Shown: piece by piece, positions 18,785 to 29,362 of the stretch
Numbering within the stretch: the stretch's first letter is position 1
Layout of the letters: every line of letters begins with the position of its first letter
Assembly (NCBI GenBank): GCA_965250005.1
Contig: OZ252279.1
Span: forward strand, 540,001 to 572,000
DNA length: 32,000 nt
From: Demequinaceae bacterium
Lineage (GTDB): Bacteria; Actinomycetota; Actinomycetes; Actinomycetales; Demequinaceae
Direction: 5' to 3'
Program-made: the position numbers and the translations under genes
The notes under the pieces: generated by a model
Database searches by the model: none
Told to the model about the DNA's origin: nothing
The model's input: the letters and a program-made list of their open reading frames with translations, nothing else

Positions 18785-19909
18785 CTAGCCGCCGTTCTCT
18801 GCGAGCCAAGTTCTTAGGATCTCGACGTTGTTGAGGTGGTCTGCGTACGTCGTCGCGTAGCGCGTCTCACCGGTGATCATGTCGACTGTGACAAAGAATA
18901 TGTAGGGCGTATCCGCGGGGCTAATCGCGGCCTTGATGGTTGCCTCCCCCGCTCCGGCAATCGGGCCGGGGGGCAGCCCTACGTACTTGTAGGTGTTGTA
19001 GGGCGAGTCGATAGCGCGTGCTTCGGCAGTGGTGAATACGTTGCCGTAGTCGCCCGTCAAGTACGTAATGGTCGAGTCCATCTCGAGGGGCATTTCCCTC
19101 CCGAGCCGGTTGTAGATCACGCTCGCGACCAGCGGTCGGTCGACCTCAAGACGGCTTTCGCGCTCGACAATTGAGGCGACAGTAAGGATCCGATTCCGGT
19201 CCTTGGGTGCGACGCCATAGCTGTCGAGAATCCTGACAGTAGTTCCCACCATCTCGGCAAGCACGTCTGTGGCGTCAACGTCCGGATTGAACGCGTACGT
19301 CGCGGGGAACAGCCATCCCTCGATGTTTCCGTTCGCCTCCTCCGGCAGGCCGATCGCGGAAGTGTCCTCTGCAGCCGCCTGAACGTCCTCGAGGGGGATG
19401 CCCGTAAGTGCGGCGATCCGGTCGTAGACGTACGAAACCGGCTTGCCCTCCACAATGGTCAGCCTCACCTCATCGCGATTCTCGCTGTCCAGCAACGCAA
19501 GCAGTGCGTACTCCGCTTTCATCTCTCGCTGGAGAAAGTAGTACCCGGGGCTGATACCACGCGCGGCCTCGGGGTTGGCGTACGTCTCCAAGATAAAAGC
19601 ATCCGTGGACGCAACCACGCCAGCAGCATAAAGGGTCGCTGCGATGTCGTCGCCGCCGTCCCCCGCGTTGACTATAACTCGCACCTGGCCCTGCCCAGCG
19701 CCTTCAAAATCAGGAATCTCTACCGCTGTGCTCTTGAACGACTGAATCACTTCCCAGCTCGCGGACGCGGCGACAGCGAAAACGACCATGGCGATCGATG
19801 TGGCGATAAGAGTGCGCGCGCGGCGGTCGCGCCTGCGGACTTCGCGCTGCATGCGACGGAGGTCCAACGACGTGGTTGTCTCCGTGCCTGCCTCGAACAG
19901 ATCAGTCAT
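18785..19909 (-). CDS. mltG: Endolytic peptidoglycan transglycosylase MltG (YceG-like)
   Basis: One TM near the N-terminus, GWLFPATYAF, LTVASIVERES, ASVIYNRL, MPLEMDSTITYLTG, YNTYKYVGLPPGPIAGAGEATIKAAISP. Confidence 0.95.
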   Translation of the reverse strand: MTDLFEAGTETTTSLDLRRMQREVRRRDRRARTLIATSIAMVVFAVAASASWEVIQSFKSTAVEIPDFEGAGQGQVRVIVNAGDGGDDIAATLYAAGVVASTDAFILETYANPEAARGISPGYYFLQREMKAEYALLALLDSENRDEVRLTIVEGKPVSYVYDRIAALTGIPLEDVQAAAEDTSAIGLPEEANGNIEGWLFPATYAFNPDVDATDVLAEMVGTTVRILDSYGVAPKDRNRILTVASIVERESRLEVDRPLVASVIYNRLGREMPLEMDSTITYLTGDYGNVFTTAEARAIDSPYNTYKYVGLPPGPIAGAGEATIKAAISPADTPYIFFVTVDMITGETRYATTYADHLNNVEILRTWLAENGG

Positions 19910-20414
19910 GTCTCCCCTTGCGCGAGACCGGCTCGGTCACGCTGTTGATGTTGCCGCGCTTCTCAGTATCTAGCGCATTCTCCAAAATGACCACTGCCGC
20001 TTGCTGGTCTACCACGTTTCGTTGCTGCTTTACCGACAGGCCCGCTTGGCTCATCGCGTGGCTGGCGGTTGCGCTAGAAAACCTCTCGTCAATTAAACGG
20101 ACGGGGGCATCGAGGTGTTCCGCGAGTTGCTTGGCGAAGTCTCGCGCATCTGCGGCCGACGCACCCTCCTGGCCCTTGAGCGTCCTGGGCAGGCCAACGA
20201 ACACCGACACCGCGCTTCGCTCGCGCGCAATCGCTGCTACCTCGGCAGCAGCGATCTCGGCACGATTCACTGTGCCGAGGGGAAACGCCATGATGCCATC
20301 CAGATCGCTAGCGGCAATCCCCACGCGCACGGTTCCAACGTCTACACCGATGCGGACACCGGGCGCGAAGTCGATCGCAGCCCTCGCCGAGGCTTCGTTC
20401 GCCACGCTATCCAC
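19902..20414 (-). CDS. ruvX: Holliday junction resolvase-like protein RuvX/YqgF
   Basis: RIGVDVGTVRVGIAASDLDGIMAFPLGTV, VFVGLPRTLKG, LIDERFSSATA; located between alaS and mltG as expected. Confidence 0.93.
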   Translation of the reverse strand: MDSVANEASARAAIDFAPGVRIGVDVGTVRVGIAASDLDGIMAFPLGTVNRAEIAAAEVAAIARERSAVSVFVGLPRTLKGQEGASAADARDFAKQLAEHLDAPVRLIDERFSSATASHAMSQAGLSVKQQRNVVDQQAAVVILENALDTEKRGNINSVTEPVSRKGRHD

Positions 20415-23073
20415 GGTTCTTCACAGCGTCGACTACAGCGTCGAGCGCAGCGGACATCTTCGACGCGTCCTGGCCGCCGCCTTGCGCGAGATCAGGCTTG
20501 CCGCCGCCGCCGCCGCCCAGGATCCTGGACGCGGTCTTAACGAGTTCGCCAGCCTTGACGCCCGCGTCCCGCGCGCCTTGGTTGGTTCCGATGACGATGA
20601 ACGGCTTACCATCCGCAGCACCCGCGATTGCGACGACAACGGGAACCGAGTCGCCGAGTCGCTGACGCACGTCAGTCACCAACGTGCGCGCGTCGTCGGC
20701 GCTGCCTACTGCAACTGCGTGGTGAGCGACGACGCTAAGCCCGGAGGCGTCCATTGCGGCGGCAGCAATCTCTTCTGACGCGCCGAGCATGGCCTGCTGC
20801 TGGAACTTCGCGAGGCTCTTCTCTGCTTCCTGCAAACGCTCGAGCAACTTCTCGATGCGTGGGACGATATCGCTGGGCTGAACCTTGAGCGTCGACGTGA
20901 GCTCGCTCACGAGCGCGCGCTCGGCAGCGAGGTGCTGGAACGCCTCGATGCCCACGAATGCTTCAATGCGGCGCGACCCGGAGCCAACGGAGGCCTCCCC
21001 AGTTACCGCCACCATGCCCACCTGACTGGAGTGTTCGACGTGCGTACCGCCGCAGAGTTCGCGCGACCACGGTCCGCCAATCTGGACGGTCCGCACCTCC
21101 TCGCCGTAGGTCTCGCCGAAGAGCGCGATCGCGCCCCATTCCTTGGCGGCGGGGAGCGACATGTACTCGGCCGTCACCCCGAGGTCCCTGCGAATTGCCC
21201 GGTTGGTCACTTCTTCGACCTCGCTACGGGCTTCGGCGCTCAGCGCGCTCGGGTGTGAAAAGTCGAGCCGCAGGTAGCCGGGCTTGTTGTACGAACCAGA
21301 CTGCAGGGCGTCGGGGCCGAGCACCTCGCGGAGCGCAGCGTGAAGGAGGTGCGTCCCGGAGTGGGACTGGCGGGCTCCGAGGCGCCACTCAGCGTCAACC
21401 TGGGCGGAGACTTCCTCGCCAACAGCAACCTCGCCTTCGGCGACCTTAACCGTATGGACGATGAGGCCCTTGACCGGGCGCTGTACATCCAGAACCTCGA
21501 GCGTCCCGCCTGATGCCTGGATGATGCCCGCGTCGGACTCCTGCCCGCCCGACTCCGCGTAGAACGGGGTCTGGGGGAGGATGACTTCGACCGTGTCGCC
21601 CTGAGTGGCACTCTTGACGGCCTTGCCGTCCGCGAGCATGGCGCGAATCTCGCTCGCTGTCTGCAGTTCGGTGTATCCAGTGAACTCCGTCGCTGCCACT
21701 TCGCGCAGGCCTTGGTAGACCTTGGTGTCTGCGTGGCCGCCCTTTTTGGACTTGGCGTCCGCGCGGGCACGCTCCTTCTGCTCTTGCATGAGGGAGCGGA
21801 ACCCGTCTTCATCAACTTGAACGCCCTGCTCGTTTGCCATCTCGAGCGTGAGGTCGATCGGGAAGCCATACGTGTCGTGAAGCGCAAAGGCGTCGGCGGC
21901 GTCGAGCAGGTGGCCGCCGTCGGCCTTGGTCTTGGCCACCGCCGAATCGAGCTTGGTGGTGCCGGACACGAGCGTGCGCCGGAATGCGTCTTCCTCCGCG
22001 TATGCCACCTTGGAGATGCGGTCGAAGTCGTTCTCGACCTCGGGGTAAGAGGCCTTCATGACGCTCATCGATGCGGGCAGTAGCGAGGGCAGCGCGAGTC
22101 CCTCGACGCCGAGCAGTCGCATGGCGCGCACCGAGCGGCGCAGTAGGCGACGCAGCACGTAGCCCCGGCCCTCGTTGCCTGGGACCACGCCGTCGCTCAT
22201 GAGCATCAGGCCCGAGCGCACATGGTCCGCGACCACGCGCATGCGCACGTCGTCGTCGTCGTTCTTGCCGTACGTGCGGCCTGAGAGCTCTTCAGCGGCG
22301 TGGATGACAGGGACGACTTCGTCGATCTCATAGAGGTTGTCGACACCCTGCTTGAGGAACGCTACGCGCTCAAGCCCGAGGCCCGTATCGATGTTCTTCT
22401 GCTTGAGGTCGCCAAGGATGGGGAAGTCGTCCTTGCTGTCGCCCGCGCCGCGCTCGTACTGCATGAACACGAGGTTCCAGATTTCGATGTAGCGCTCTTC
22501 GTCGGCCTCCGGGCCGCCCTCCGCGCCAAACTTGGGCCCCCGGTCGATGAATATCTCCGAGCAGGGCCCTGCGGGGCCAGGCTGGCCGGTGGACCAGAAG
22601 TTGTCCTTCATCCCGCGCCGCTGAAGGCGCTCTGCGGGAAGGTCGGTGTGCTTGAGCCACAGGTCCGCGGCCTCGTCGTCATCCTCGAACACCGTGACCC
22701 ACACGAGCTCGGGGTCGAAGCCGTACTTGCCTTCGGACTCCGGTCCGGTAACCAGGTCCCACGCCATCTTGATGGCGTCTTCCTTGAAATAGTCGCCGAA
22801 CGAGAAGTTGCCGTTCATCTGGAAGAACGTGCCGTGACGCGTGGTCTTGCCCACCTCGTCGATGTCAAGCGTGCGAATGCACTTCTGGACGGAGACGGCG
22901 CGATCCCATGGGGGCGTTTGCTGCCCCAGCATGTACGGAATGAACGGAACCATCCCCGCCACTGTGAACAGCAGTGACGGGTCCGGGGACACGAGCGATG
23001 CGCTGGGTACTACCGTGTGGCCCTTGGCCTCAAAGTAGTCCAGCCATCGCTGGCGAATGTCCGCGGTAAGCAT
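20407..23073 (-). CDS. alaS: Alanyl-tRNA synthetase
   Basis: RQRWLDYFEAKGHTVVPSASLVSPDPSLLFTVAGMVPF..., SGTHLLHAALREVLG, ELCGGTHV, C-terminal DHHA1 region with GGGGGGKPDLAQGGG. Confidence 0.98.
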   Translation of the reverse strand: MLTADIRQRWLDYFEAKGHTVVPSASLVSPDPSLLFTVAGMVPFIPYMLGQQTPPWDRAVSVQKCIRTLDIDEVGKTTRHGTFFQMNGNFSFGDYFKEDAIKMAWDLVTGPESEGKYGFDPELVWVTVFEDDDEAADLWLKHTDLPAERLQRRGMKDNFWSTGQPGPAGPCSEIFIDRGPKFGAEGGPEADEERYIEIWNLVFMQYERGAGDSKDDFPILGDLKQKNIDTGLGLERVAFLKQGVDNLYEIDEVVPVIHAAEELSGRTYGKNDDDDVRMRVVADHVRSGLMLMSDGVVPGNEGRGYVLRRLLRRSVRAMRLLGVEGLALPSLLPASMSVMKASYPEVENDFDRISKVAYAEEDAFRRTLVSGTTKLDSAVAKTKADGGHLLDAADAFALHDTYGFPIDLTLEMANEQGVQVDEDGFRSLMQEQKERARADAKSKKGGHADTKVYQGLREVAATEFTGYTELQTASEIRAMLADGKAVKSATQGDTVEVILPQTPFYAESGGQESDAGIIQASGGTLEVLDVQRPVKGLIVHTVKVAEGEVAVGEEVSAQVDAEWRLGARQSHSGTHLLHAALREVLGPDALQSGSYNKPGYLRLDFSHPSALSAEARSEVEEVTNRAIRRDLGVTAEYMSLPAAKEWGAIALFGETYGEEVRTVQIGGPWSRELCGGTHVEHSSQVGMVAVTGEASVGSGSRRIEAFVGIEAFQHLAAERALVSELTSTLKVQPSDIVPRIEKLLERLQEAEKSLAKFQQQAMLGASEEIAAAAMDASGLSVVAHHAVAVGSADDARTLVTDVRQRLGDSVPVVVAIAGAADGKPFIVIGTNQGARDAGVKAGELVKTASRILGGGGGGKPDLAQGGGQDASKMSAALDAVVDAVKNRG

Positions 23074-23098
23074 GGTTCCCTTTTACCAGCGGAGGCGG

Positions 23099-23725
23099 CT
23101 AGCGGGCGTAGAACTCGACGACTAGCTGCACTTCGCAGGTCACGGGGACCTCAGCGCGCTTGGGGCGACGCACCAACTTTGCCGTCAACTTCTCGAGTGA
23201 AACGTCCAGGTAGTCGGGCAACTCGGGGAGCAGGTCTGCGTGAGCTCCTGCGGCGGCTGCCATATACGGCTCCATGGTGGCGGCCTTCGGCTTGATCTGG
23301 ATGGTCTGCTCGGGCTTGACACGGAACGACGGCCGGTCAACGATCTGGCCGTCCACGAGGATGTGGCGGTGCAGAACTGCCTGGCGGGCCTGCAGGATGG
23401 TCCGGGCGAATCCAGAGCGCAAGATGAGCGCGTCAAGGCGCATCTCGAGCAACTCGACAAACGCCTCACCGGTCAAACCCGGCTCCTTGCGCGCTTCTTC
23501 GAATACGCGGGTCATCTGCTTCTCGCGGAGACCGTACTGGGCGCGTAGACGCTGCTTCTCGCGCAACCGAACGGCGTAATCCGATTCCTTGCGGCGGGCC
23601 GTACGGCCGTGCTCGCCCGGAGGGTAGGGTCGCTTCTCGAAGTGCTTGACGGCCTTGGGGGTGAGTGCAATGCCCAGGGCACGGGAAAGGCGCACCATAC
23701 GGCGCGCACGCTGAACTGAAGTCAC
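23099..23725 (-). CDS. rpsD: 30S ribosomal protein S4 (zinc-motif-free form)
   Basis: RARRMVRLSRALGIALTPKAVKHFEKRPYPPGEHG..., S4 domain RLDALILRSGFARTILQARQAVLHRHILVDGQIVDRPSFRV. GTG start with AAAGGA Shine-Dalgarno. Confidence 0.96.
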   Translation of the reverse strand: MTSVQRARRMVRLSRALGIALTPKAVKHFEKRPYPPGEHGRTARRKESDYAVRLREKQRLRAQYGLREKQMTRVFEEARKEPGLTGEAFVELLEMRLDALILRSGFARTILQARQAVLHRHILVDGQIVDRPSFRVKPEQTIQIKPKAATMEPYMAAAAGAHADLLPELPDYLDVSLEKLTAKLVRRPKRAEVPVTCEVQLVVEFYAR

Positions 23726-23782
23726 AATTTTCCTTTAACCACGTGGCGCGCGAGTGCGCACCGTTCGAATAAGAGTAAGAAG

Positions 23783-23820
23783 CGCGGTGCGAGCAGCCAG
23801 CTCACCGCGAGGGCTCGCAC
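23783..23820 (-). terminator. Candidate rarA terminator / rpsD leader structure
   Basis: Two overlapping inverted repeats: CGCGGTG (23783-23789) with CACCGCG (23803-23809), and GTGCGAGC (23787-23794) with GCTCGCAC (23813-23820). On the minus strand the first is followed by moderately T-rich CTTCTTACTCTTATTC. Confidence 0.45.
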
Positions 23821-23831
23821 AAGGATAGCCG

Positions 23832-25169
23832 CTATTGGGCGTTTTTTCCACGACCTAGCATCTGGCGGATCGCTTCGAGCCTTTGAGTGAGCTCTCGCTC
23901 GTATCCGTGTTCGGTCGGATCGTAGTACTTGGCGTGCTGAAGCGTGTCGGGCAAATACTCCTGCTCGGCGACTCCACGAGGCGCGTCATGAGAGTACTCG
24001 TATCCCTTTCCGTGGCCGATTTCCTTGGCTCCGGCGTAGTGCGCGTCGCGCAAGTGTTCGGGCACCGAGCCCGCGCGACCGGCCTTAACGTCCGCGATTG
24101 CACGGTCGAGCGCGACGTACGACCGGTTCGATTTGGGCGCCGTCGCAAGGTACGTGGTCGCCTCTGCCAGCACGATGCGTCCCTCGGGCATACCGATGAA
24201 GCTCACGGCGTCAGCCGCGGCCTGTGCCACAACGAGGCCCTGCGGGTCAGCCATGCCGACGTCTTCAGCCGCGAGCACCACGAGCCTGCGCGCGATGAAC
24301 CTTGGGTCTTCCCCCGCCACGACCATGCGCGCCAGGTAGTGCAGCGCCGCATCAACGTCGCTGCCACGCACGGACTTGATGAACGCGCTGATTACGTCGT
24401 AATGCTGGTCGCCCGACTTGTCGTAAGCCACGAGAGCCGCGTCCATGGCCTGCTCGGCGAGCTCGGCAGTAATCCGCCCGCCGGTGCCAGCAGCCTCGGC
24501 TAGGGACTCGATCAGCGTCAGCGCCTTGCGGGCATCGGCGCCTGCGACCTTAACGACGTGCTCCCGCGCGTCATCGTCGATGGTGACGGCACCGGCCAGC
24601 CCGCGCTCGTCGGTGATGGCACGGTCTACGAGTTTGCGGATGTCATCGTCATCGAGAGGTCGGAGCGTGAGCAGCACGGAGCGCGACAGGAGCGGACCGA
24701 CCACAGAGAACGACGGATTCTCCGTGGTGGCCGCCACGAGCGTAATCCACCGATTCTCCACCGCGGGGAGCAGGACGTCCTGCTGATTCTTAGTGAAGCG
24801 GTGCACCTCGTCGATGAAAACCACCGTCTCGGGCTCACCAGTCGCGACGCGCCGCTTGGAGTCCTCGATAATGGCGCGCACATCCTTGACGCCAGCGGAC
24901 ACTGCAGAGAGCTCCACGAAGCGTCGGTTGCCCGCAACCATGTACGCAAGCGTGGTCTTGCCCGTGCCGGGCGGGCCCCACAGCATGATTGAGGTGGCAG
25001 CCGATGCGTCGGCGATCAAGCGCTCGAGCGGACTGCCCTTCTTGAGCAAGTGGTTCTGGCCAAGGATCTCGCCTGGCGTCCGCGGGCGCATTCGCACAGC
25101 GAGGGGGCTCGCCGCCGTGGGTTGGGGGACGCCCGTGCCGTCCTGCCGCACAGCGTCGAATAGATCCAC
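23832..25169 (-). CDS. rarA: Replication-associated recombination protein A (RarA/MgsA, AAA+ ATPase)
   Basis: RMRPRTPGEILGQNHLL, Walker A GPPGTGKTTLAYMVA, FIDEVHRFTKNQQDVLLPAVE, GMADPQGLVVAQAAADAVSFIGMPEG. Confidence 0.95.
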   Translation of the reverse strand: MDLFDAVRQDGTGVPQPTAASPLAVRMRPRTPGEILGQNHLLKKGSPLERLIADASAATSIMLWGPPGTGKTTLAYMVAGNRRFVELSAVSAGVKDVRAIIEDSKRRVATGEPETVVFIDEVHRFTKNQQDVLLPAVENRWITLVAATTENPSFSVVGPLLSRSVLLTLRPLDDDDIRKLVDRAITDERGLAGAVTIDDDAREHVVKVAGADARKALTLIESLAEAAGTGGRITAELAEQAMDAALVAYDKSGDQHYDVISAFIKSVRGSDVDAALHYLARMVVAGEDPRFIARRLVVLAAEDVGMADPQGLVVAQAAADAVSFIGMPEGRIVLAEATTYLATAPKSNRSYVALDRAIADVKAGRAGSVPEHLRDAHYAGAKEIGHGKGYEYSHDAPRGVAEQEYLPDTLQHAKYYDPTEHGYERELTQRLEAIRQMLGRGKNAQ

Positions 25170-25244
25170 GCCTCTATTCTACGGAAGTCGAATCGCCCAC
25201 GGGAGGGACTCGCGCGGGCCGGTCCGCGTGTTAGTTTCGGCGCT

Positions 25245-27524
25245 ATGTCTCCATTCGCGCGCCTCGCCCATTCGATCGCCCGCCGGCCCAAGGGCGTGGT
25301 GACCGCATGGACCTTGGTCGCGCTGTCCCTCTACGCCTTCGCGATCCTCGGACTGCCGGGCCAGGGCAGCCTCGAAGACCGCACGTCCACGGGCCCGCCC
25401 GAGGCCAAGGGCTCCGAGTCGTACGTCCTGCGGCACGCGTATCTGGATAGCGTTCCGGCCGACAGTCCGGTCACGGTCGCAGGTCAGGTCCTGAGCGCGG
25501 ATGCCACAGACCTGCGCGTTCAAGCGGCGGTCGCACCGTTGCTCGAGGATGTCGCCGCCATCGAAGGTGTCCAGCTGGTGACCGCGCCGTTCACCGCCAT
25601 ACCCGGCCCAGACTTCTCCCCCGCTCTCGCGGACGGAGGAGCCGACCCCCGCATCCTGATCACCACTGGAGACGAGGGCTTCCTCGTAGTCGTTCAATTG
25701 TCGCCAACCGAGGACGACGGCGACGAGGTCGCCAAGCACGAAGAAGTCAAGGAAGCACTATTGATCGCGCTCGAGGCTGCGAACGTTGAGTACGACCCGA
25801 CGGCGTCGTACGCCCCGGGCGAAGAGCCGATGGTCGACACTCACGTGTTCTCCAACGCACTGTTCTTCGACTCCTTCGACTCCCAGCTCCAGAAGGACCT
25901 CATCACCGGCGAGGCGATCGCGATCCCGCTCGCGCTCATCGTGATGGTGTTCGTGTTCGGCGGATTCCTCGCGGCGTCCACACCCATCGCTGGCGCAATC
26001 GCATCAATCGCGGGCGGCACGGCCGTGCTCTACGGCTTCACCTTCATCATGCACATCGACAGCGCCGCCGAGAATGTCGTCACCGTGCTCGGGATCGGCC
26101 TGTGCATCGACTACGGGCTGCTGATCGTGTCGAGATACCGCGAAGAGCTCACCAAGGGACGGGCGGCGAAGCTGGCTGACGTGCGCGGTCACGCGCTCGA
26201 ACGCACCATGGAAACCGCAGGACGCACAGTGTTCTTCTCCGGCGTCACCGTGGGAATCGCCGTGGGCGGACTGCTGGTGTTCACCCCCGAGTTCCTCAAG
26301 GGGTTTGGCGGCGCCGCGCTAGGCGTGGTGACCACCGCTGTCCTGGTCGCGATGACGCTGGTACCTGCGGTCGCCTATCTGTACGGCGAACGCTTGGTGA
26401 AGCCCGGCTTGCTTTCTCGAGCTAAGGGGCTGCGGCGCGCGCTCCGCGTCACCGCCGACGTCGAGCGCGACGAGGGCGCGTTCTCAACGCTCGCCGGCTG
26501 GGTGCAGCGCCGCCCCTGGCTGGTGCTAGTCGGATCCGTGGCGATTCTTGCGGTGTTCGCCTCCCCTGCGCTCAGTTTGAACCTGCGCAACTCTGAGGCC
26601 GAGACCCTCCCCGCGTCGGATACCGACCGCATCTACCTCGCCGCGTTCAACGACCGCTACCCCGCCCTTGCAGACCCCGCGATCGACCTCATGACCGACG
26701 CGACCGTCGCTGAATTCGAGGCGTGGGCGCCGGCGCTACTGGAGGTCGATGGGGTGGAGCGCGTTGCCGAAGCATTCGAGCAGGGCGGGAACACGTTCTC
26801 TGGTCTGCATATCTCGATTGTGGACGAAGGCAGCCCCGAGGCCGTCGATCTGGTCAAGGCCGTACGCGTGCTCGACGCGCCGTTCGACCTCTACGTTGGC
26901 GAACAGGCCGCCAACCAGGTGGACTTCATTCAAGCCATCAAGAACGGCGCACCCATCGCGGGCGGGATCGTGGTCGCCGCCACGTTCATCCTGCTGTTCC
27001 TCATGACCGGCTCGCTGCTGGTGCCTGTCAAGACGCTCATCATTAACACGCTGTCGCTCAGCGCATCCGTGGGAATCCTCGTGTGGATCTTCCAGGAAGG
27101 CCATTTCGAGGGGCTACTGCGCTACGAGTCGCTCGGAGGTATCGAGACCTACGTGGTGGTGCTGGTGGTCTCGTTCGGGTTCGGCCTGGCGATGGACTAC
27201 GAGGTGTTCCTGCTCGCCCGAATCAAGGAACTCGTGGACCGCGGAGTGCCGAACAACGAGGCCGTGCGCCTCGGCCTGCAGCGCTCGGGGCGGATCATCA
27301 CCTCGGCCGCGGCGATCATCATCCTGGTGTTCCTCGGCTTCGCGACCGGCAGCGTGCTGATCATCAAGGAGATCGGGTTCGGCCTCGCGATCGCGGTGCT
27401 ATTGGACGCGACCATCGTGCGCATGTTGCTAGTTCCCGCGACCATGACCCTGCTGGGCAACTGGAACTGGTGGGCTCCGAAGAGCCTCAAGAACGTTTAC
27501 GCCAAGATGGCGATCACGCACTAG
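25245..27524 (+). CDS. MMPL family (RND superfamily) membrane transporter
   Basis: About 759 aa with two TM bundles; [19 protein letters not shown] and [22 protein letters not shown] are the duplicated MMPL signatures. Confidence 0.93.
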   Translation: MSPFARLAHSIARRPKGVVTAWTLVALSLYAFAILGLPGQGSLEDRTSTGPPEAKGSESYVLRHAYLDSVPADSPVTVAGQVLSADATDLRVQAAVAPLLEDVAAIEGVQLVTAPFTAIPGPDFSPALADGGADPRILITTGDEGFLVVVQLSPTEDDGDEVAKHEEVKEALLIALEAANVEYDPTASYAPGEEPMVDTHVFSNALFFDSFDSQLQKDLITGEAIAIPLALIVMVFVFGGFLAASTPIAGAIASIAGGTAVLYGFTFIMHIDSAAENVVTVLGIGLCIDYGLLIVSRYREELTKGRAAKLADVRGHALERTMETAGRTVFFSGVTVGIAVGGLLVFTPEFLKGFGGAALGVVTTAVLVAMTLVPAVAYLYGERLVKPGLLSRAKGLRRALRVTADVERDEGAFSTLAGWVQRRPWLVLVGSVAILAVFASPALSLNLRNSEAETLPASDTDRIYLAAFNDRYPALADPAIDLMTDATVAEFEAWAPALLEVDGVERVAEAFEQGGNTFSGLHISIVDEGSPEAVDLVKAVRVLDAPFDLYVGEQAANQVDFIQAIKNGAPIAGGIVVAATFILLFLMTGSLLVPVKTLIINTLSLSASVGILVWIFQEGHFEGLLRYESLGGIETYVVVLVVSFGFGLAMDYEVFLLARIKELVDRGVPNNEAVRLGLQRSGRIITSAAAIIILVFLGFATGSVLIIKEIGFGLAIAVLLDATIVRMLLVPATMTLLGNWNWWAPKSLKNVYAKMAITH

Positions 27525-29326
27525 GCCTGCGCAGGCTCCGCGGGGTCCTCGACTTCGCCTTCGCTCTCGGACTCGGGCTTGGCGTCCACCCCGGCGTCGC
27601 GACGCTGCTCATCCGTAATGGGAGCGGGCGCCTGCGTGAGCGGGTCGAAGCCGCCGCCGGTCTTGGGGAATGCGATGACGTCGCGGATGGATTCGGTTCC
27701 CGCGAGGATCGCTACCACGCGGTCCCAACCGAGCGCAATGCCGCCGTGGGGCGGAGCCCCGAACGCGAACGCGTCTAGCAGGAAGCCGAACTTTTCCTGC
27801 GCCTCGTCGGCGCCGATGCCCATGACCTTGAACACGCGCTCCTGAATGGCGCGATTGTGAATACGGATCGAGCCACCGCCCAACTCGTTGCCGTTGCAGA
27901 CGATGTCGTACGCGTAGGCGAGCGCGGAGCCGGGGTCCTTGTCGAACGTGTCAAGGAACTCAGGCTTAGGAGAGGTGAAGGCATGGTGGACCGCCGTGAA
28001 GGCGCCGGTGCCGAGCGCGACGTCGTCGTCATCCGGGTCGTCATCGATCGCCTTAAATAGTGGTGCGTCGACCACCCACACGAACTTGAACTCGTCCTTG
28101 TTGATGAGGTCGCCGCGCTGGGCGATCTCGACGCGTGCAGCTCCGAGGAGCCCGCGCGCGGGCGTGGCCTTGCCTGCAGCGAAGAATATGCAGTCGCCTG
28201 GCTTGGCACCGACCTTGTCGGTAAGGCCCGACAACTCGGTCTCGCTGAGGTTCTTGGAGACGGGGCCGGTGAGCTCTCCGTCCTCCTGCACGAGCACATA
28301 GGCAAGGCCCTTGGCTCCGCGCGACTTGGCCCAGTCCTGCCACTTGTCGAGCGTCTTGCGCGGTTGGCTCGCTCCACCGGGCATCACGACGGCACCAACG
28401 TACTCCGCGGAGAACACGCGGAACGTCGTGTCCTCGAAATACTCGGTCATGTCGGTGAGCTCGAGCTCGAACCGCAGGTCAGGCTTGTCCGTGCCGAACC
28501 GCTCCATCGCCTCGTGGTACGTCAGGCGCGGAATTGGCGTCGCAACGTCGTAGTCGATGGTCGCCCACAGCTCCTTGACGAGCTCCTCCCCCAGCGCAAT
28601 CACGTCATCCTGATCAACGAAACTCATCTCGATGTCGAGTTGCGTGAACTCCGGCTGACGGTCCGCGCGGAAGTCCTCGTCGCGATAGCAACGGGCGATC
28701 TGGTAGTACTTCTCCATTCCGGCGACCATGAGCAACTGCTTGAACAATTGCGGCGACTGCGGGAGCGCGTACCAGGCACCGGGCGCGAGTCGGGCTGGCA
28801 CCAGGAAATCGCGGGCGCCCTCGGGGGTGGAGCGGGTTAGCGTGGGCGTCTCGATTTCGATGAAACCGTTGCGCTCGAGTACACGACGCGCGGCCTTGGA
28901 AACCTCTGAGCGCAGCACCATGGCCGCGCGGGGCGCGGGGCGGCGCAGGTCGAGGTAGCGGTGCTTGAGGCGGGCTTCCTCCCCAACTTCCACGTGCTCG
29001 TCAATGGGGAACGGGATGGGCACGGAGGCGTTGAGAACCACGACGACGTCGGCGATGACCTCAATCTCGCCGGTACTGAGTTTCGCGTTCTCTTGGTCCG
29101 CCGGGCGCTTCGAGACTCTGCCTGTGACCTGGATGACGAATTCGCTGCGCAGGTCGTGCGCGACCGCCTCGTCGCGAATGACCACCTGGGCGACCCCCGA
29201 TGAGTCGCGCAGGTCGATGAAGGCGACTCCGCCGTGATCGCGGCGGCGGCCCACCCATCCTGCGAGCGTGACCGTAGTGTCCACGTCGGTGGCGCGGAGG
29301 TTTCCTGCGAGGTGAGTACGGTACAC
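27521..29326 (-). CDS. aspS: Aspartyl-tRNA synthetase (Asp or Asp/Asn specificity not resolved)
   Basis: [31 protein letters not shown] context, [41 protein letters not shown]. Confidence 0.97.
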   Translation of the reverse strand: MYRTHLAGNLRATDVDTTVTLAGWVGRRRDHGGVAFIDLRDSSGVAQVVIRDEAVAHDLRSEFVIQVTGRVSKRPADQENAKLSTGEIEVIADVVVVLNASVPIPFPIDEHVEVGEEARLKHRYLDLRRPAPRAAMVLRSEVSKAARRVLERNGFIEIETPTLTRSTPEGARDFLVPARLAPGAWYALPQSPQLFKQLLMVAGMEKYYQIARCYRDEDFRADRQPEFTQLDIEMSFVDQDDVIALGEELVKELWATIDYDVATPIPRLTYHEAMERFGTDKPDLRFELELTDMTEYFEDTTFRVFSAEYVGAVVMPGGASQPRKTLDKWQDWAKSRGAKGLAYVLVQEDGELTGPVSKNLSETELSGLTDKVGAKPGDCIFFAAGKATPARGLLGAARVEIAQRGDLINKDEFKFVWVVDAPLFKAIDDDPDDDDVALGTGAFTAVHHAFTSPKPEFLDTFDKDPGSALAYAYDIVCNGNELGGGSIRIHNRAIQERVFKVMGIGADEAQEKFGFLLDAFAFGAPPHGGIALGWDRVVAILAGTESIRDVIAFPKTGGGFDPLTQAPAPITDEQRRDAGVDAKPESESEGEVEDPAEPAQA

Positions 29327-29362
29327 GATTGTCCTTGACGTGAGGCGGATGTGGAGGAAAGT

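Noticed and set aside
19876-20778. 300-aa plus-strand ORF opposite ruvX, mltG and alaS ends
   Set aside because: Same GC-driven antisense artefact. It crosses several confidently assigned minus-strand genes and shows no recognisable domain.
23839-23846. Short T-run (TTTTTT) near the end of rarA
   Set aside because: It lies inside the rarA coding sequence (RGKNAQ) and has no adjacent stem on the correct side for a terminator.
25179-25739. 186-aa minus-strand ORF over the MMPL gene start and the divergent promoter region
   Set aside because: No homology signals. It would occupy the rarA/MMPL intergenic region and the opposite strand of a confident transporter.
27525-27536. Perfect palindrome GCCTGCGCAGGC just after the MMPL stop, considered as a terminator
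   Set aside because: No loop, short arms, no T-run, and it lies within the aspS coding end (AEPAQA). Not enough to call.
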